A stretch of 64,000 nt of DNA from Eledone cirrhosa (Eukaryota). The notes beneath the pieces were generated by a model that had not been told where the DNA came from, made no database searches, and worked only from the letters and a program-made list of their open reading frames with translations. Both the position numbers and the translations under genes were made by a program. Numbering within the stretch: the stretch's first letter is position 1; each line of letters opens with the position of its first letter. The DNA lies in assembly GCA_964016885.1 (NCBI GenBank), contig OZ024749.1, forward strand, positions 24,614,001 through 24,678,000, in the 5' to 3' direction. Shown here in pieces: positions 43,401 through 64,000 of the stretch.

Positions 43401-43798
43401 TACAATATATTATAAAATGGAAACTATATTTATAAAACCATATTTATTTCATTATACATATTTCAAGGACACAAAAGAAAATTATGGTGCGCTTTCATCA
43501 GATAAAATATAATATACATCAGTTTTATAAACAAATATTGACATACACTTAAAGAATGCGACCATTTCGGTTGGAAGCTCCCGGATAGTGGCGTTACAAT
43601 TTTATTATTTGTCTATTATGCAAATTAGTGTCGGAGAGGTTTAAATCCCAGTATATTTAAATTAAGCCGTTGGAAACTGATCTATATTATATTTTATCTG
43701 ATGAAAGCGCACCATAATTTGCTTTGGTGTCCTTGAAATAAATATAATGAAATAAATATGGTTTTATAAATATAGTTTCCATTTGTTAATATATTGTA
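43401..43798. repeat. Inverted repeat (43401-43515 / 43683-43798), each arm carrying an outward-reading hammerhead (43447-43507 minus, 43692-43752 plus)
   Basis: Plus arm: TTTTAT-CTGATGA-AAGCGCACCA-TAATTTGCTT-TGGTGTCCTT-GAAA-TAAATA-TA-ATGAAA. Confidence 0.8.
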
Positions 43799-44047
43799 TA
43801 TGTATATATCTAAATCAGAGAATATCTGTCAGCATGTATGGCTGTCTGCATTACGACATTATGACGCTATCTGTGTGTGTGTGTGTGTGTGTGTATATGT
43901 ATATATAGTGTGTGTATATATATATATATATATATATTCACGTGACAGCCAAATTTCATTTATAACCAATCAAATCACGTTTATTTAAAAAAAGCCTTCG
44001 TGAGCCACCTTTTTTTTAAGTAAAGAAATTCAAACACACACACACAC

Positions 44048-44162
<115 letters not shown>

Positions 44163-44666
44163 GCATGTAAATAAACATACATATATTTACTGTATATAGA
44201 AAATCTGAATTCTGACACCCCAGCGATCTAACCATAGTCACTGAACCAGAACAATTCTCCCATCCCTTTCTCTTGACCATTATCTTTCACTTATCATAAA
44301 ATTCTCTAAAAAGGCTACAGAATGGATTTCCAAATAAGGGGACGAAAATTTAATGAAAACTTGTTCACGTGACAGCCATAATTTCATTTATTACCAACCC
44401 AAAAAAAGCCTTCGTGAGCCCGTTTTTTCAAGTAAAAAGAAATTCAAACACTCAAATATGAAAAAAACAACTTGTGACAACCCCCCCCTCTTATTTCAAG
44501 AACCATTGTAACGCAAACTGGCGCGAAATTTATTATAATTATTGACAAACCAATCAAATACTTCTCGAAAAACCTGGCATTTCGAGCCACTTTTTCCATA
44601 TAAAACAAGTAACATTCAGAGACCAACCAGATGTGAGAAAAACCACAGACCCTCCATCTCAACTCA

Positions 44667-44704
44667 TCTTTTGAAAAGCAGAAGAACTGCGAAACCGGTA
44701 AAGG
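44667..44704 (+). ncRNA. Type I hammerhead, U3-A8 variant (second copy of the 15537 family)
   Basis: TCTT-TTGAAAA-GCAG-AAGAA-CTGC-GAAA-CCGG-TA-AAGG. Confidence 0.75.
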
Positions 44705-44814
44705 AACCAAATAAATATATATACTTAAAAAAAAAATAAGACTCCAGTTGCTTTTTCGATTTCATCTCTTTTTCTTTATACTTTCACTCGTGTAGGACAC
44801 CTCGGTTATTTTTT

Positions 44815-45318
44815 AATTTGTAAAAAAAAACTCATTTTCTAATATATATATATATATAGAGAGAGTATGTAACGTTTTTCAAAATATTTACTTCTGCGTT
44901 CACAGATTGATTTGTTGAGTTTCAGAAGATCGGGTCATGGGTGAAAGCAGCGATTCTTTGCTTACATTTTAATCTGTTATTTTAATATATATATATATGA
45001 TCTCTCCCGAATGGAAACAGTTGTAGTCCTGTAGAAGCCTTTTCTATATTAAATATTTATACTCTGCATATATATATATATATATGCAGAGTATAAATAT
45101 TTAATAGATATAATATATATATATATTTAATAGAGATCATATATATATATTAAAATAACAGATTAAAATGTAAGCAAAGAATCGCTGCTTTCACCCATGA
45201 CCCGATCTTCTGAAACTCAACAAATCAATCTGTGAACGCAGAAGTAAATATTTTGAAAAACGTTACATACTCTATATATATATATATATATTAGAAAATG
45301 AGTTTTTTTTTACAAATT
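44815..45318. repeat. ~190-bp inverted duplication (44815-45005 / 45132-45318) with a nested palindrome at 45047-45106; carries degenerate CAGAAGA hammerheads (44918-44968 plus, 45167-45217 minus)
   Basis: Arms are near-perfect reverse complements. Confidence 0.85.
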
Positions 45319-45428
45319 GAAATATATATATATATATATATGTAAAGTTATATTTAAAATTGTTGGGTTACAACTAGTAAATATTTATAACTGATATAAA
45401 AGCACTCGACAAATATTTGGAGTATATT

Positions 45429-45848
45429 TACAATATTAAATAAATGGAAAACTATATTTATAAAACCATATTTATTTCATTATATATATTTCGGGGATAT
45501 CATATTAACAATATGCTATGCCTTCATCAGACAAAATACAATATAAACAGTTTTATAGATAAATATATTCGACATACCGTAATAAACATCAACTTCATTT
45601 GAAGAGGTTTACGCTAGCAGTGAAAATACAGAGAGAAAGAAAGTCTGTATTTTCACTGCTAGCGTAAACCTCTTCAAATGAAGTTGATGTTTATTACGGT
45701 ATGTCGAATATATTTATCTATAAAACTGTTTATATTGTATTTTGTCTGATGAAGGCATAGCATATTGTTAATATGATATCCCCAGAAATATATATAATGA
45801 AATAAATATGGTTTTATAAATATAGTTTTCCATTTATTTAATATTGTA
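45429..45848. repeat. ~204-bp near-perfect palindrome with 11-bp spacer, one hammerhead per arm (45475-45536 minus, 45740-45802 plus)
   Basis: TTTTGT-CTGATGA-AGGCATAGCATATT-GTT-AATATGATATCCCC(A)-GAAA-TATATA-TA-ATGAAA. Confidence 0.85.
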
Positions 45849-45889
45849 TATATATATATATATATATATTTATTAAAATAACAGATTAA

Positions 45890-45940
45890 AGTTTAAGCAA
45901 AGAATCGCTGCTTTCACCCTTAACGGGATCTTCTGAAACT
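45890..45940 (-). ncRNA. Type I hammerhead, U4A variant (CAGAAGA), in fragment 45870-46170
   Basis: Minus strand: AGTTT-CAGAAGA-T-CCC-GTTAA-GGG-T-GAAA-GCA-GCGATTCTT-TGC-TT-AAACT. Confidence 0.7.
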
Positions 45941-46322
45941 AACAAAGTCAATCTGTAAACGCAGAACTGGATATTTCAAAAAACGTTGCAACCGGAGGAA
46001 GACAGAAAGACGATACTTTGGTTCGTGGTAACGTTCTCTGGCAAAGAACGGGAAAAAACGAATAATACGTCATTAATAGGAGCGGTGAAAAACAATTACG
46101 CGCAAAGACAAAACCACGTTTATGGTATAAAAGAGGTCGCAGACTAATGTTCTCTTAGGTGCATAGAGACGTATGTATGTATGTATATATGTATGTATGT
46201 ATGTATGTATATATCTCCAAAATTAAGATAAATCAAATTATTGGTGTCATGCCAGAAAGGCATGCGCCATATCACCCTCAAAATAAGCTCTAAGATTTTA
46301 ATGAATAGGTCCGTGCATTTTA

Positions 46323-46859
46323 TATCAACTAGAAATTGATTAACATATAAATAAACATATGAAACAATCACAGGGGATAATTTGTACAAGTGTGTAAGCA
46401 CACATAGCTAGGTAGGTAACTAAATAAAGTTAACTAGAACTTCAAAAATAGATACCGTATAATATGATTAATCTTCCTTGTTTCTAGTTGTCGATAACCC
46501 TATTCACGCGACTGGGACGAAGCTGGTGTGATGCGTGTGTTTTTAGTAGATACATCACGTGTTACTGGCCAGTCGCTGATTTGAACTTAATGCGTAAACA
46601 CAGATGGCTGGACTACTTCCTTGTTGAGAATCCAAGTACTGGCCGCCGTCGTTTACGAATTGATTAATTGGTGAAATATATTTCTTTAATGGAATATATA
46701 CAAGGAAGATTAATCATATTATAAGGTATCTATTTTTGAAGTTCTAGCTAACTTTATTTAGTTACCTACCTAGCTATGTGTGCTTACACACTTGTAAAAA
46801 TTATCCTCTGTGATTGTTTCATATGATTATTTATAAGTTAATCAATTTCTAGTTGTTAT
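46323..46859. repeat. ~157-bp inverted repeat with ~220-bp spacer (fold-back/MITE-like); a further palindrome at 46839-47103
   Basis: caactagaaattgatta...aatcttccttg versus caaggaagatt...taatcaatttctagttg. Confidence 0.8.
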
Positions 46860-46886
46860 ATATATATATGTATGCACATATGTATG

Positions 46887-46944
<58 letters not shown>

Positions 46945-46952
46945 CACATATG

Positions 46953-47009
<57 letters not shown>

Positions 47010-47174
47010 GTGCATACATATATATATATATATATATATATACGTATATATACATACATACATATGTGCATACATATATATATATAACAACTAGAAATTG
47101 ATTAACATATATACATATATATTAACATATATAATAACATATATACATATATATGTATATATGTTAATATATAC

Positions 47175-47246
<72 letters not shown>

Positions 47247-47628
47247 GCACACATATATATATATATATATGCACATATGTATGTGTATATATATATATAT
47301 ACATACATATGTGCATACATATAAATAACTGCATGCATACACACATACATGTATATATAGAAATATAAACAAATACATACGTACACAACTAAACATTAGA
47401 AATAGGCACAGAAGGCATACGGTGATTAGTGAAAGATTAATGATGACAACTGAAAATTTGGTCGTGTATAGGAATAATAATTATGTTTTTCCCTTGTTAT
47501 AATAAAACAACTACTATTATATTCCCTCCTTTCTGTCTCTCCCTACTCTTTCTCTCTCTCATTGTCTCTCTTCTTATATATATACATATATATATATACA
47601 TACACACATTGCCTGGATATATATTATA

Positions 47629-47665
<37 letters not shown>

Positions 47666-48035
47666 AGGGAGTCTAGCGCTTTATATATATATATATATAT
47701 ATACATATAGAACTATTATACAACGGCATGGGAGGAAAAAGTTAGTAAACGTAACAAAATTTCTATAATATATCAAATTTAAAGCCGCATTAGCGAAATC
47801 CCAGAACATTAACAAAACAAATTTCTTAATGTTATAAAATACACATGAAAGCTACTTAAAACAAGACTAACAATTCTAAGAATGGTAGCTTATAAATATT
47901 TAAAACATTTTAGATAATAGTGAAAGGTTAAAAGGAATATACATGTATTTATGTTGAAATATACTTACACATATATATGGTTCTATAAACATAAGCATGT
48001 ATATGCATATATGTATCTATATATCTCTCTCTCTC

Positions 48036-48107
<72 letters not shown>

Positions 48108-48575
48108 GGGGGGGGGGGGGTATATATGTATGTATATGTATGCATGTGTGTATTTATGTAGGTATATATATATATAAATAATTATCTCTATATTGTAGCT
48201 TAGAAATGCGGAAAACCACAATTTGCATAACTTCGAGGAGATTGAAATATTCATTAAAAAATCTGAAAATTTATACCCACAATATATAATAATCACACAA
48301 TATATAAGTCCGATAGCAATTTGAAGTTACTCACCAAAGACTGAAATTATATCATTTTATGAAATGTAAAGTTATTTCTCATTAATTATACATTTTGCTA
48401 GAGAAAGAATAGGCTAGGCTATCCACACGTTATGTTAATTAATTGACGAGACACATTCATTTCGTTTTTGAGTGTTTGCTTCAATATGGTCAATAGTTTT
48501 AATTTACTGAATAATAGCAGAAATACTCTGCTCCAGATGTTATTAACACTTTCCAATGAAAATGATATTTCAACT

Positions 48576-48642
<67 letters not shown>

Positions 48643-48723
48643 GTGTGTTGAAACTGATATTCTTATACTTTGGGAGGGTCATGTTGACAATAAGAAACAC
48701 ACGGACCTGGTACTTGTGTTTCT

Positions 48724-48755
<32 letters not shown>

Positions 48756-48807
48756 CATTATATATTATATACATACATATATTTATACATATACATACAT
48801 ATATATG

Positions 48808-49150
48808 ACCAAGAAACTTAGATGATGGATGGGTATACACGAGAATGCTGAGAATGGCTCTGAGCATTCAATAGAATACACTGAGGATGAAGAACTCAGA
48901 GCTGTACGGAGCCTCCAAAATGTCATCTCAAAAGTAACACAGAGGAGACTGAGGTTAGCTGGACATGCTGACCGACATACATATTTGACACTGCATTCAG
49001 TGCTCCTGTGGGGGCCCCTGCAGGGACACACTACTAGAGGAGACCAAAGTTGACATATAATGTTGCCCTAAGGACAGACATCGGTCTCTTGGAGACACAC
49101 GACATGGCAGCGAGTATGAGGGACAGAGACCACTGGAGCGAACTCGCCAG
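48808..49150 (+). mobile_element. RTE-clade LINE 3' fragment (pseudogene)
   Basis: YTRMLRMAL...ELYG...KVTQRRLRLAGH...VLLWGP.QG...RG...MRDRDHW, read across frames. Confidence 0.8.
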
Positions 49151-49396
49151 ATATGTAGATATATATGACGAGTAATTTTTTTTTGAAACAGCCAACGAAA
49201 TTTTGAAATTCAGTAGAAATAGAAGATTTCGCCATATTTTTTACCAAATACATTTTACACGTCAATACTCATCCGTTTCCATTTTTAGATGGCTCAAAAC
49301 CCCGCTATCGGACTGCAAGTTCTTAAGTCGAAAATAAAGCGAAAGCTTCTATTTCTACTGAATTTATATATATGTACACATGTACATACAGACACT

Positions 49397-49486
<90 letters not shown>

Positions 49487-49854
49487 TATACATATATCTC
49501 ACCAAAATAATCGACTGTATATGCACATTTTCTTACCGAACTTCCTCTTTTCACTTTTTTGATTACTGTTTCATCCTTTATTTCTCATTCTATCTCCTGA
49601 TAAATATCTAGTTTCCGGAACATTATGACACTTTTCCTCTTATTTCAAATCTTAAACTTATATATTTCGTCATTTTATTGGGCCGTTTGCTTTGCTATTT
49701 CTTTACATCTTTTAAACTCACACGTGATATATCTCTATCTCTCTCTCCCTCCCCCCTCCCCTCTATCTCCCCCCTCTCTCTCTATATATGTATATATATA
49801 TATATAATATTAATTCAAATATTAACAAAAATTGATATTTTGTGATAAATTAAA

Positions 49855-49917
49855 TATTATTATACATATTTCAGATGTATTGAATTAAGTTCAACAGTAC
49901 GTCCTCATCAGATAAAA
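49855..49917 (-). ncRNA. Type I hammerhead (same style as the 43.5 and 45.5 kb motifs)
   Basis: Minus strand: TTTTAT-CTGATGA-GGACGTACTGTTGAA-CTTAA-TTCAATACATCT-GAAA-TATGTA-TA-ATAA. Confidence 0.7.
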
Positions 49918-50647
49918 TAAAATGATACATGACAAACACTGACATGGTAGATGGTTAAGATTTAATCAAGGTAGTGATTAACTTATGAGAAAAGTCAATA
50001 GTTATACCCTAATATTGAGAACATGAGAAAACGTAATAGAATCAATAGAAAGAGTGTGTAAGTAATATATTTTAAGAAATACATTGCCTTAATGCAACAG
50101 TTATAGAATCTGTAATATTTAAAATACTACTATAGAACTATGCGTTAGAAGAAAGTATAGGGAAGACGTAGCTGAAGTTATAACTTATTTAGTATTTAGC
50201 TTGAGAAGATAAATGACAGATAATTAAAGAGAGGGAGAGACAAAGGGGAGTAATTTATGCTCAAATTTCTTTACACACACATAATCATATATAGTTTTGG
50301 CGGTTAATTTTCAAAATATTTAATTTATGTTATTTCAGGGTAAAGAATCAAAATTTTAGGTTTTAAAAGTTCATGGGATTTGTATTGATATTATAATATA
50401 ATTATGTTAAATTTCTAAAATTCAAAAATGTTATGAAGACATATTTAAAGGATTTACGAAGCCCGTGAAAGAAAGAAAATAAACATATAATGTTCAATAT
50501 TCCCCCAAAGGCAATCTTAATAAAAATTACTTATAACACTGACAACATTTTCTATAATATAATTTATGAGATATTTACAGTTAAAACTATTAAAGAATTT
50601 ATTGTTAAATAGTTCAAGTGCCTAAAATATTAACAGGTCTTATAATT

Positions 50648-50730
50648 AAAACTCATTCTTTGATGTACTCATTGTAAAACTCATTCTTTGATGTACTCAT
50701 TGTAAAACTCATTCTTTGATGTACTCATTG
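50648..50730. repeat. 28-bp minisatellite, 3 copies
   Basis: aaaactcattctttgatgtactcattg(t) repeated three times. Confidence 0.9.
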
Positions 50731-50745
50731 AATCTTGTTTAACTC

Positions 50746-50807
<62 letters not shown>

Positions 50808-51160
50808 TGTTTTTAATTTACATCAATTACTGGTCTTCGAGCCGTCATATTCCATATATTCCAGATTTGTTCAACTAAGGATCAACGACCTATATCAAAC
50901 GCTAGATTCCACAACGTATTCAATAAGCATTCCTGATATATCAACAAATTGTTTTCACAGAATAAGTCCGTACACACTTCTCTTGTTCTTTCGATTAGAA
51001 GGAATCTAATGGACATTTTTTCTCACTTCAATAACAATATACTTCAGCCCGCCGATACTAATAAATATATATGGTTTCAAATCTCTTTCTCTATCTCTTT
51101 CCCTCTCTCACAAACACACACCCTCTCTATCTCTCTCTTTCTCTCGCACTCTCTTTATAT

Positions 51161-51197
<37 letters not shown>

Positions 51198-51329
51198 TAG
51201 AGAGAGAAGTTTTAAACGAAATATATTTCTTGGTATCGATGGATATATATATACAATTGTGTGTGTATGTAAAAGGTAAACAGAAATAACAACACAATCG
51301 GTACAGTATGTGGAAGGGATATATTAGGT

Positions 51330-57655
<6,326 letters not shown>

Positions 57656-57656
57656 T

Positions 57657-57699
<43 letters not shown>

Positions 57700-57700
57700 T

Positions 57701-57743
<43 letters not shown>

Positions 57744-57754
57744 CACATGTACTG

Positions 57755-60700
57755 CCTCCACTTCCAACATAACTAGCATCACCACAAAAAAACATTAATA
57801 ACAGTTAATCTATTACCATTAACACAACCCATAACAACAACATCAACAACATCACTGCCACCACTACTACCCTCATCACAAACAGCTACATCCACACGTT
57901 ACCATACATCAGCCTCATAACAACAGTTCTACCTCTACGATTATAAACACAAAGAATCATACATACAACACATCAGCGTCACAAACACCGACTCAAAAGC
58001 ACCACCAAGAATATTAACATGACCTCCACTTTCATCATTAACCTCAATAATAATCACATTCTCTACACGACAGATAACAAAAAACACTACTAGCATCACC
58101 ATCTCTACCATCATCAACGACTAGAACACTGAAAACTTCAACAAAAACCTCACACAGTACCAACAATAGCACCATCACCGCCATCAGAAATACCACCACG
58201 GTAAAGATTATCACCTCAAATACAAAAGTTACGGCGACCACAACCAATACTAGCACAGCCACCAACACAACCAGTACAGGAATAACAGCTAGGATACCTT
58301 CATCACCCAAATGTAAGCTACATCGCAACTAAAAATCACTCCACATCTACCACACTCCGACTAATAACAACAACGGTGCCACTATTAGAAACAACAACCG
58401 CACCTCCGCTAAAACCACTACCTCGCAAATCAGCAGCACTTCCAACAACAAAAACCACCGGGCAAATATACCTACACACTATTTCTTACAACAACAATTG
58501 TACAAGCAACATCACTATTAAAAATAACAACCCCAATATAACCACAACTCCAGTACCACTACTAACAACAACAACAGCATGACCAGTAACATCACCAACA
58601 CCAAGACAATAACAACAACATCAGTCACAACAATAACACCAGGACCAATAATATCACGAACAACATTCTCAACAACAGTAACACCAACACCAAAAACATC
58701 ACCAACGAGAGACAGAACAAAAAACAACACCACCATCACCACCAATGACCTCGTACAAAACAGTGACAACAACAACGATATCACCACCGCCACCACCAAC
58801 ACCACCTCCATCTACAACATACCTACACCACTACTTCTGACAACAGCAGCTGTACTAGCAGCACCACTATTAAAAACAACAGCAACGGCACTATAACCAC
58901 ATCTCCTGTATCACTACCAACAGTTAAAACAACAACAGACACGACAATAATACCAAGACCAGCAACATTACCAACAACATCGTTCACAACAATGGCAACA
59001 CCAGGACCAAAAACATCAACAACTGACAGAACAAGAAAAACAACAGCACCAATAACATCGTCAAAAATCAGTCACAACAACAACGATATCACCAACAACA
59101 ACAACAACAACCAGACCAACATAGCTACACCACGTCTTCTTACAAAAACAACACCAACACCGATAACAGCAACAACAGACACAACAATAACAACATTCAC
59201 AACAACAGAAACACCAAGACTAAAAACATACACCAACAACAGTCAGAACAAGAAAAACAACAACACCACCTACAACACCAACATCGAAACACCAACGCCA
59301 ACAACAGTGAGAACAAGAAAAACAATAACACCACCTCCTTCAACATCAACACCATCACCAACAACAACTCCACCACCATCATCAACGCCAAAACCACCAC
59401 CAACACCATCACCAAAAACAACCCCCAGACCAACACCAACAACACCAACACCAACAACAACACCACCAACACCACCAAAACCAACACCGACACCACCACC
59501 AACAACAACACCCAGACCAACATCATCACCAACACCACCACCACCAACACCACCATCAACACCACCATCAACACGACCACCAACACCACCACCAACACCA
59601 CTACCACCACCAACACCACCATCAACACCACCACCAACTCCACCGACAACACCACCACCAACACCACCACCAACACCACCACATACACCACCACCAACAC
59701 CACTACCAACACCAACATCAACACTACCACCAACACCACCACCAACACCACCACCAACACTACCACCAACACCAACACCACTACCAACACCAACACCACC
59801 ACCACCACCAACAACAACACCACTACCAACACCACCATCAACACCAGCATCAACACCACCACCACCAACACCACCACATACACCCCCACCAATATCACTA
59901 CGAACACCAACACCACCACCAACACCACCACCAACAGAACCACCAACACTACCACCAACACCACTACCAACACCACCACCAACACCACTACCAACACCAC
60001 CACCACCACCAACACCACCACCAACACCTACAACAACACCCAGACCAACATCATCACCAACACCACAAACAACACCATCACCAACACCACCACCAACAGC
60101 ACCACCAACACCAACAACAATACCACCACCAACACCACCAACAACACCACTACCAACATCACTAGCAACACCACTACCAACACCAACACCACCATCAACA
60201 CCACCATCAACTCCACCACCAACACAACAGCCAACACCACCACCAACACCACCACATACACCCCCACCAATACCACTACGAACACCAACACCACCACCAA
60301 CACCACCACCAACACCACCACCAACACTACCACCAACGCCACTACCAACACCACCACCAACACCACTACCAACACCACCAACACCACCAACAACACCACT
60401 ACCAACATCACTAGCAACACCACTACCAACACCAACACCACCATCAACACCACCATCAACTCCACCACCAACACAACAGCCAACACCACCACCAACACCA
60501 CCACATACACCCCCACCAATACCACTACGAACACCAACACCACCACCAACACCACCACCAACACCACCACCAACACTACCACCAACGCCACTACCAACAC
60601 CACCACCAACACCACTACCAACACCAACACCACCACCAACACCACTACATACACCCCCAACAACACCACCACCAACACCACCACCAACACCACCATCAAC

Positions 60701-62290
60701 ACCACCACCAACACCACCACCAACACCTACAACAACACCCATACCAACATCATCACCAACACCACCACCAACACCACCATCAACAACACCATCAACACCA
60801 CCACCAACACCAACAACACCGCCACCAACACCACTACTAACACCACCACCACCACCAACACCACCACCAACACCACCACCAACACCTACAACAACACCCA
60901 GACCAACATCATCACCAACACCACCACCAACACCACCATCAACAACACCATCAACACCACCACCAACACCACTAACAACACCGTCACCAACACCACCACC
61001 AACACCACCACCAACACCACCACCAACACCAACAACAAAACACCACCAACACCACCACCGACACCACCATCGACACCACCACCACCAACACCACCAACAC
61101 CACCACCAACACCACTACCAACACCACCACCACCACCAACACCAACACCGACACCACCACCAACACCTACAACAACACCCAGATCAACATCATCACCAAC
61201 ACCACCATCAACACCACCACCAACACCACCACCAACACCAACACCAACAACAACACCAACACCAACACCACCACCAACACCAACAGCACCACCAACAGCA
61301 CCACCAACACCACCACCAACACCACCACCAACACCAACAACAACACCAACACTAACAACACTACCAACACCACCACCAACACCACCACCAACACCACCAC
61401 CAATACCACCACCAACACCATCAACAACAACACCCAGACCAACATCATCACCAACAGCACTAACAACACCATCAACAACACCACCACCAACACTACCACC
61501 AACACCAACACCACTACCAACACCAACACCACCACCAACACCACTACCAACACCACCACCAACACCACCATCAACACCACCACCAACACTACCACCAACA
61601 CCAACACCACTACCAACACCAACACCACCACCAACACCACCACCAACACCACCACCAACACCAACAACAAGACCAACACAAACACCACCAACACCAACAC
61701 CACCAACACCACCACCAACACCACCACCAACACCACCATCAACACCACCAACAACACTACCACCAACACCAACACCACTACCAACACCAACACCACCACC
61801 AACACCACCACCAACACCACCACCAATACCACCACCAACACCATCAACAACAACACCCAGACCAACATCATCACCAACAGCACTAACAACACCATCAACA
61901 ACACCCAGACCAACACCAACACCACCAACATCAACACCAACACCACCACCAACACCAACAACAACACCACCACCAACACCACCACCAACACCACCACTAA
62001 CACCAACAACAACACCACCACCAACACCACCACCAACACCACCACCAACGCCAACAACAACACCACCACCAACACCACCACCAACGACAACACCACCACC
62101 AACACCACCACCAACACCTACAACAACACACAGACCAACATCATCACCAACACCACCACCAACACCACCACCAACACCACCAACACCACCACCAACACCA
62201 CTACCAACACCAACACCACCACCAACACCAACAACAACACCACCAACAACAACACCCAGACCAACATCATCACCAACAACGGTCATAGTA
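57755..62290 (+). repeat. A/C-rich degenerate (ACC/AAC) trinucleotide-derived repeat; reads as a Thr/Pro-rich ORF at 58992-61355
   Basis: CCA/ACA periodicity with higher-order duplications; the Pro/Thr frame shifts near 61040. Confidence 0.75.
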
Positions 62291-63376
62291 GCAGCAACAA
62301 GAAGTAAATATCATTATCTGGGCCTTGTGCCTAACGTAGAAACAATTATTCTAAATTTCTGTTTTTTTCTTTGAGGTTATAGAAACGTAGTAATGCAGTC
62401 GTTGAAACCCTGCTAAGATCTTCTGTGAGAAATCTTAGAAGGTTTTTATTGTTTTTGTTTAGTTTATTTTCACCTCTGTCCGTCTCCACACTAAACTATT
62501 TTTTTATATATTTTGGTGTTTCTTGTCTTGGAATTTTGCTTTCTCTTATATCAAAGATTTGGGACATTGAAGGAATCCGATACGTTTGTGGTAGCAAAAT
62601 GTTGGCCATTGTCGATGTTATTGCTAATGATGCTGGTGTTGTTGATGTTATTTTTGTTATTGCTCTCGTCCTCGTCGTTGTTGTTATTATTTTGGCTGTT
62701 GTCGTTGTTGTTGCTGTTGCTGTTATTGTTATTGGTGGTGGTAGTGGTAGTGGTGGTCTTCTTAATGACAGTGTAGTCGTTAATAGCACTTGAATGTTGC
62801 TTTTGGAGTTATTGCTACTGGCAGTGGCAGTGTTGTTGTTATTGCTATGGTGGTGATGTTTTTGTGGTTATGGTGTTGTTATTGCTAGTGGTGTTGTTAT
62901 TATAGATAGTTCTGTCGTTAGTAGCTATTTACTGTTGCCTTCGAAATTATTGTTATTGATAGTGGCAACGTTGTTTTTGTTGTTGTTGTTGTTGTTGTTG
63001 CGGTGGTTTTTTTTTTTTGGTGTCGTGTTGTTTTTGTTGTGGTGTTGTTGTTGGTAGTGGCGTTGTTCTTACAGATAGTGCTGTTGTTAGTAGCTATTTA
63101 CTGTTGCCTTTGTAGATGTTGTTACTGGTAGTGGCAATGCTGTTGTTACTGTTGTGTGGTGTTGCTTTTGGCAGTGATGTTGGTGGTATTCTTAATGACA
63201 GTGCTGTCGTTATTAGCTATTGACCTTTTCCTTTGTTACTGGTAGTGGCAATGCTGTTGTTATTGTTGTAGTAGTGTTGGTTTTGGCAGTGGTGTAGGTG
63301 GTGGTAGTAGTGGTGCTGTTCTTAGTGATAGTGCTGTCGTTAGTAGCTATTTATTGTTGTCTTTCAGGTTATTGTT

Positions 63377-64000
63377 ATGGTTGTGGTGCTGTTGGGATAC
63401 CTAGTAATGTTATTGGTCGTGGTGTGGTGTTTGTTGGTGGTTGTGGTGCTGTTGGGATACCTAGTAATGTTATTGGTCGTGGTGTGGTGTTTGTTGGCGG
63501 TGGTGGTGCTGTTGGGATACCTAGTAATGTTATTGGTCGTGGTGTGGTGTTTGTTGGCGGTGGTGGTGCTGTTGGGATACCTAGTAATGTTATTGGTCGT
63601 GGTGTGGTGTTTGTTGGTGGTTGTGGTGCTGTTGGGATACCTAGTAATGTTATTGGTCGTGGTGTGGTGTTTGTTGGCGGTTGTGGTGCTGTTGGGATAC
63701 CTAGTAATGTTATTGGTCGTGGTGTGGTGTTTGTTGGCGGTGGTGGTGCTGTTGGGATACCTAGTAATGTTATTGGTCGTGGTGTGGTGTTTGTTGGTGG
63801 TGGTGGTGCTGTTGGGATACCTAGTAATGTTATTGGCCGTGGTGTGATGTTTGTTGGCGGTGATGGTGCTGTTGGGATACCTAGTAATGTTATTGGTCGT
63901 GGTGTGGTGTTTGTTGGTGGTTGTGGTGCTGTTGGGATACCTAGTAATGTTATTGGTCGTGGTGTGGTGTTTGTTGGTGGTTGTGGTGCTGTTGGGATAC
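63377..64000. repeat. 60-bp minisatellite, more than 10 copies, running off the window
   Basis: gtggtgctgttgggatacctagtaatgttattggtcgtggtgtggtgtttgttgg recurs every 60 bp. Confidence 0.95.

Noticed and set aside
63377-64000. CRISPR-like regular array
   Set aside because: No unique spacers, no cas genes, eukaryotic context; a plain minisatellite.

Overview
This is AT-rich, microsatellite-laden eukaryotic DNA. Its tRNA-derived SINEs and LINE ends resemble octopod cephalopod repeats (inference). No convincing host protein-coding gene is present, and most ORFs in the track are (TA)n, (CA)n or (GAA)n artefacts. Real coding remnants are three Penelope-like elements (one RT+GIY-YIG, two Naiad-like GIY-YIG fragments), an R4/Dong-type RLE LINE 3' end, and L1/Tx1-like and RTE 3' ends; there is also a non-autonomous Helitron. 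The main signal the ORF track misses is RNA-level: by manual folding I count about 36 type I hammerhead ribozyme (HHR) motifs in about 11 families, nearly all in elements embedded in (TA)n. Two form head-to-tail tandem arrays with one HHR per unit: a ~559-bp unit (~10.5 copies, in two divergent arms, 51.5-57.3 kb) and a 472-bp unit (~2.9 copies, 10.2-11.6 kb). These look like non-LTR retrozymes (circular-RNA precursors) mobilised by Penelope-like elements. Several families carry non-canonical cores (U3-A8 swap, U4C, U4A). All folds were read by eye, and ribozyme activity and expression are untested.
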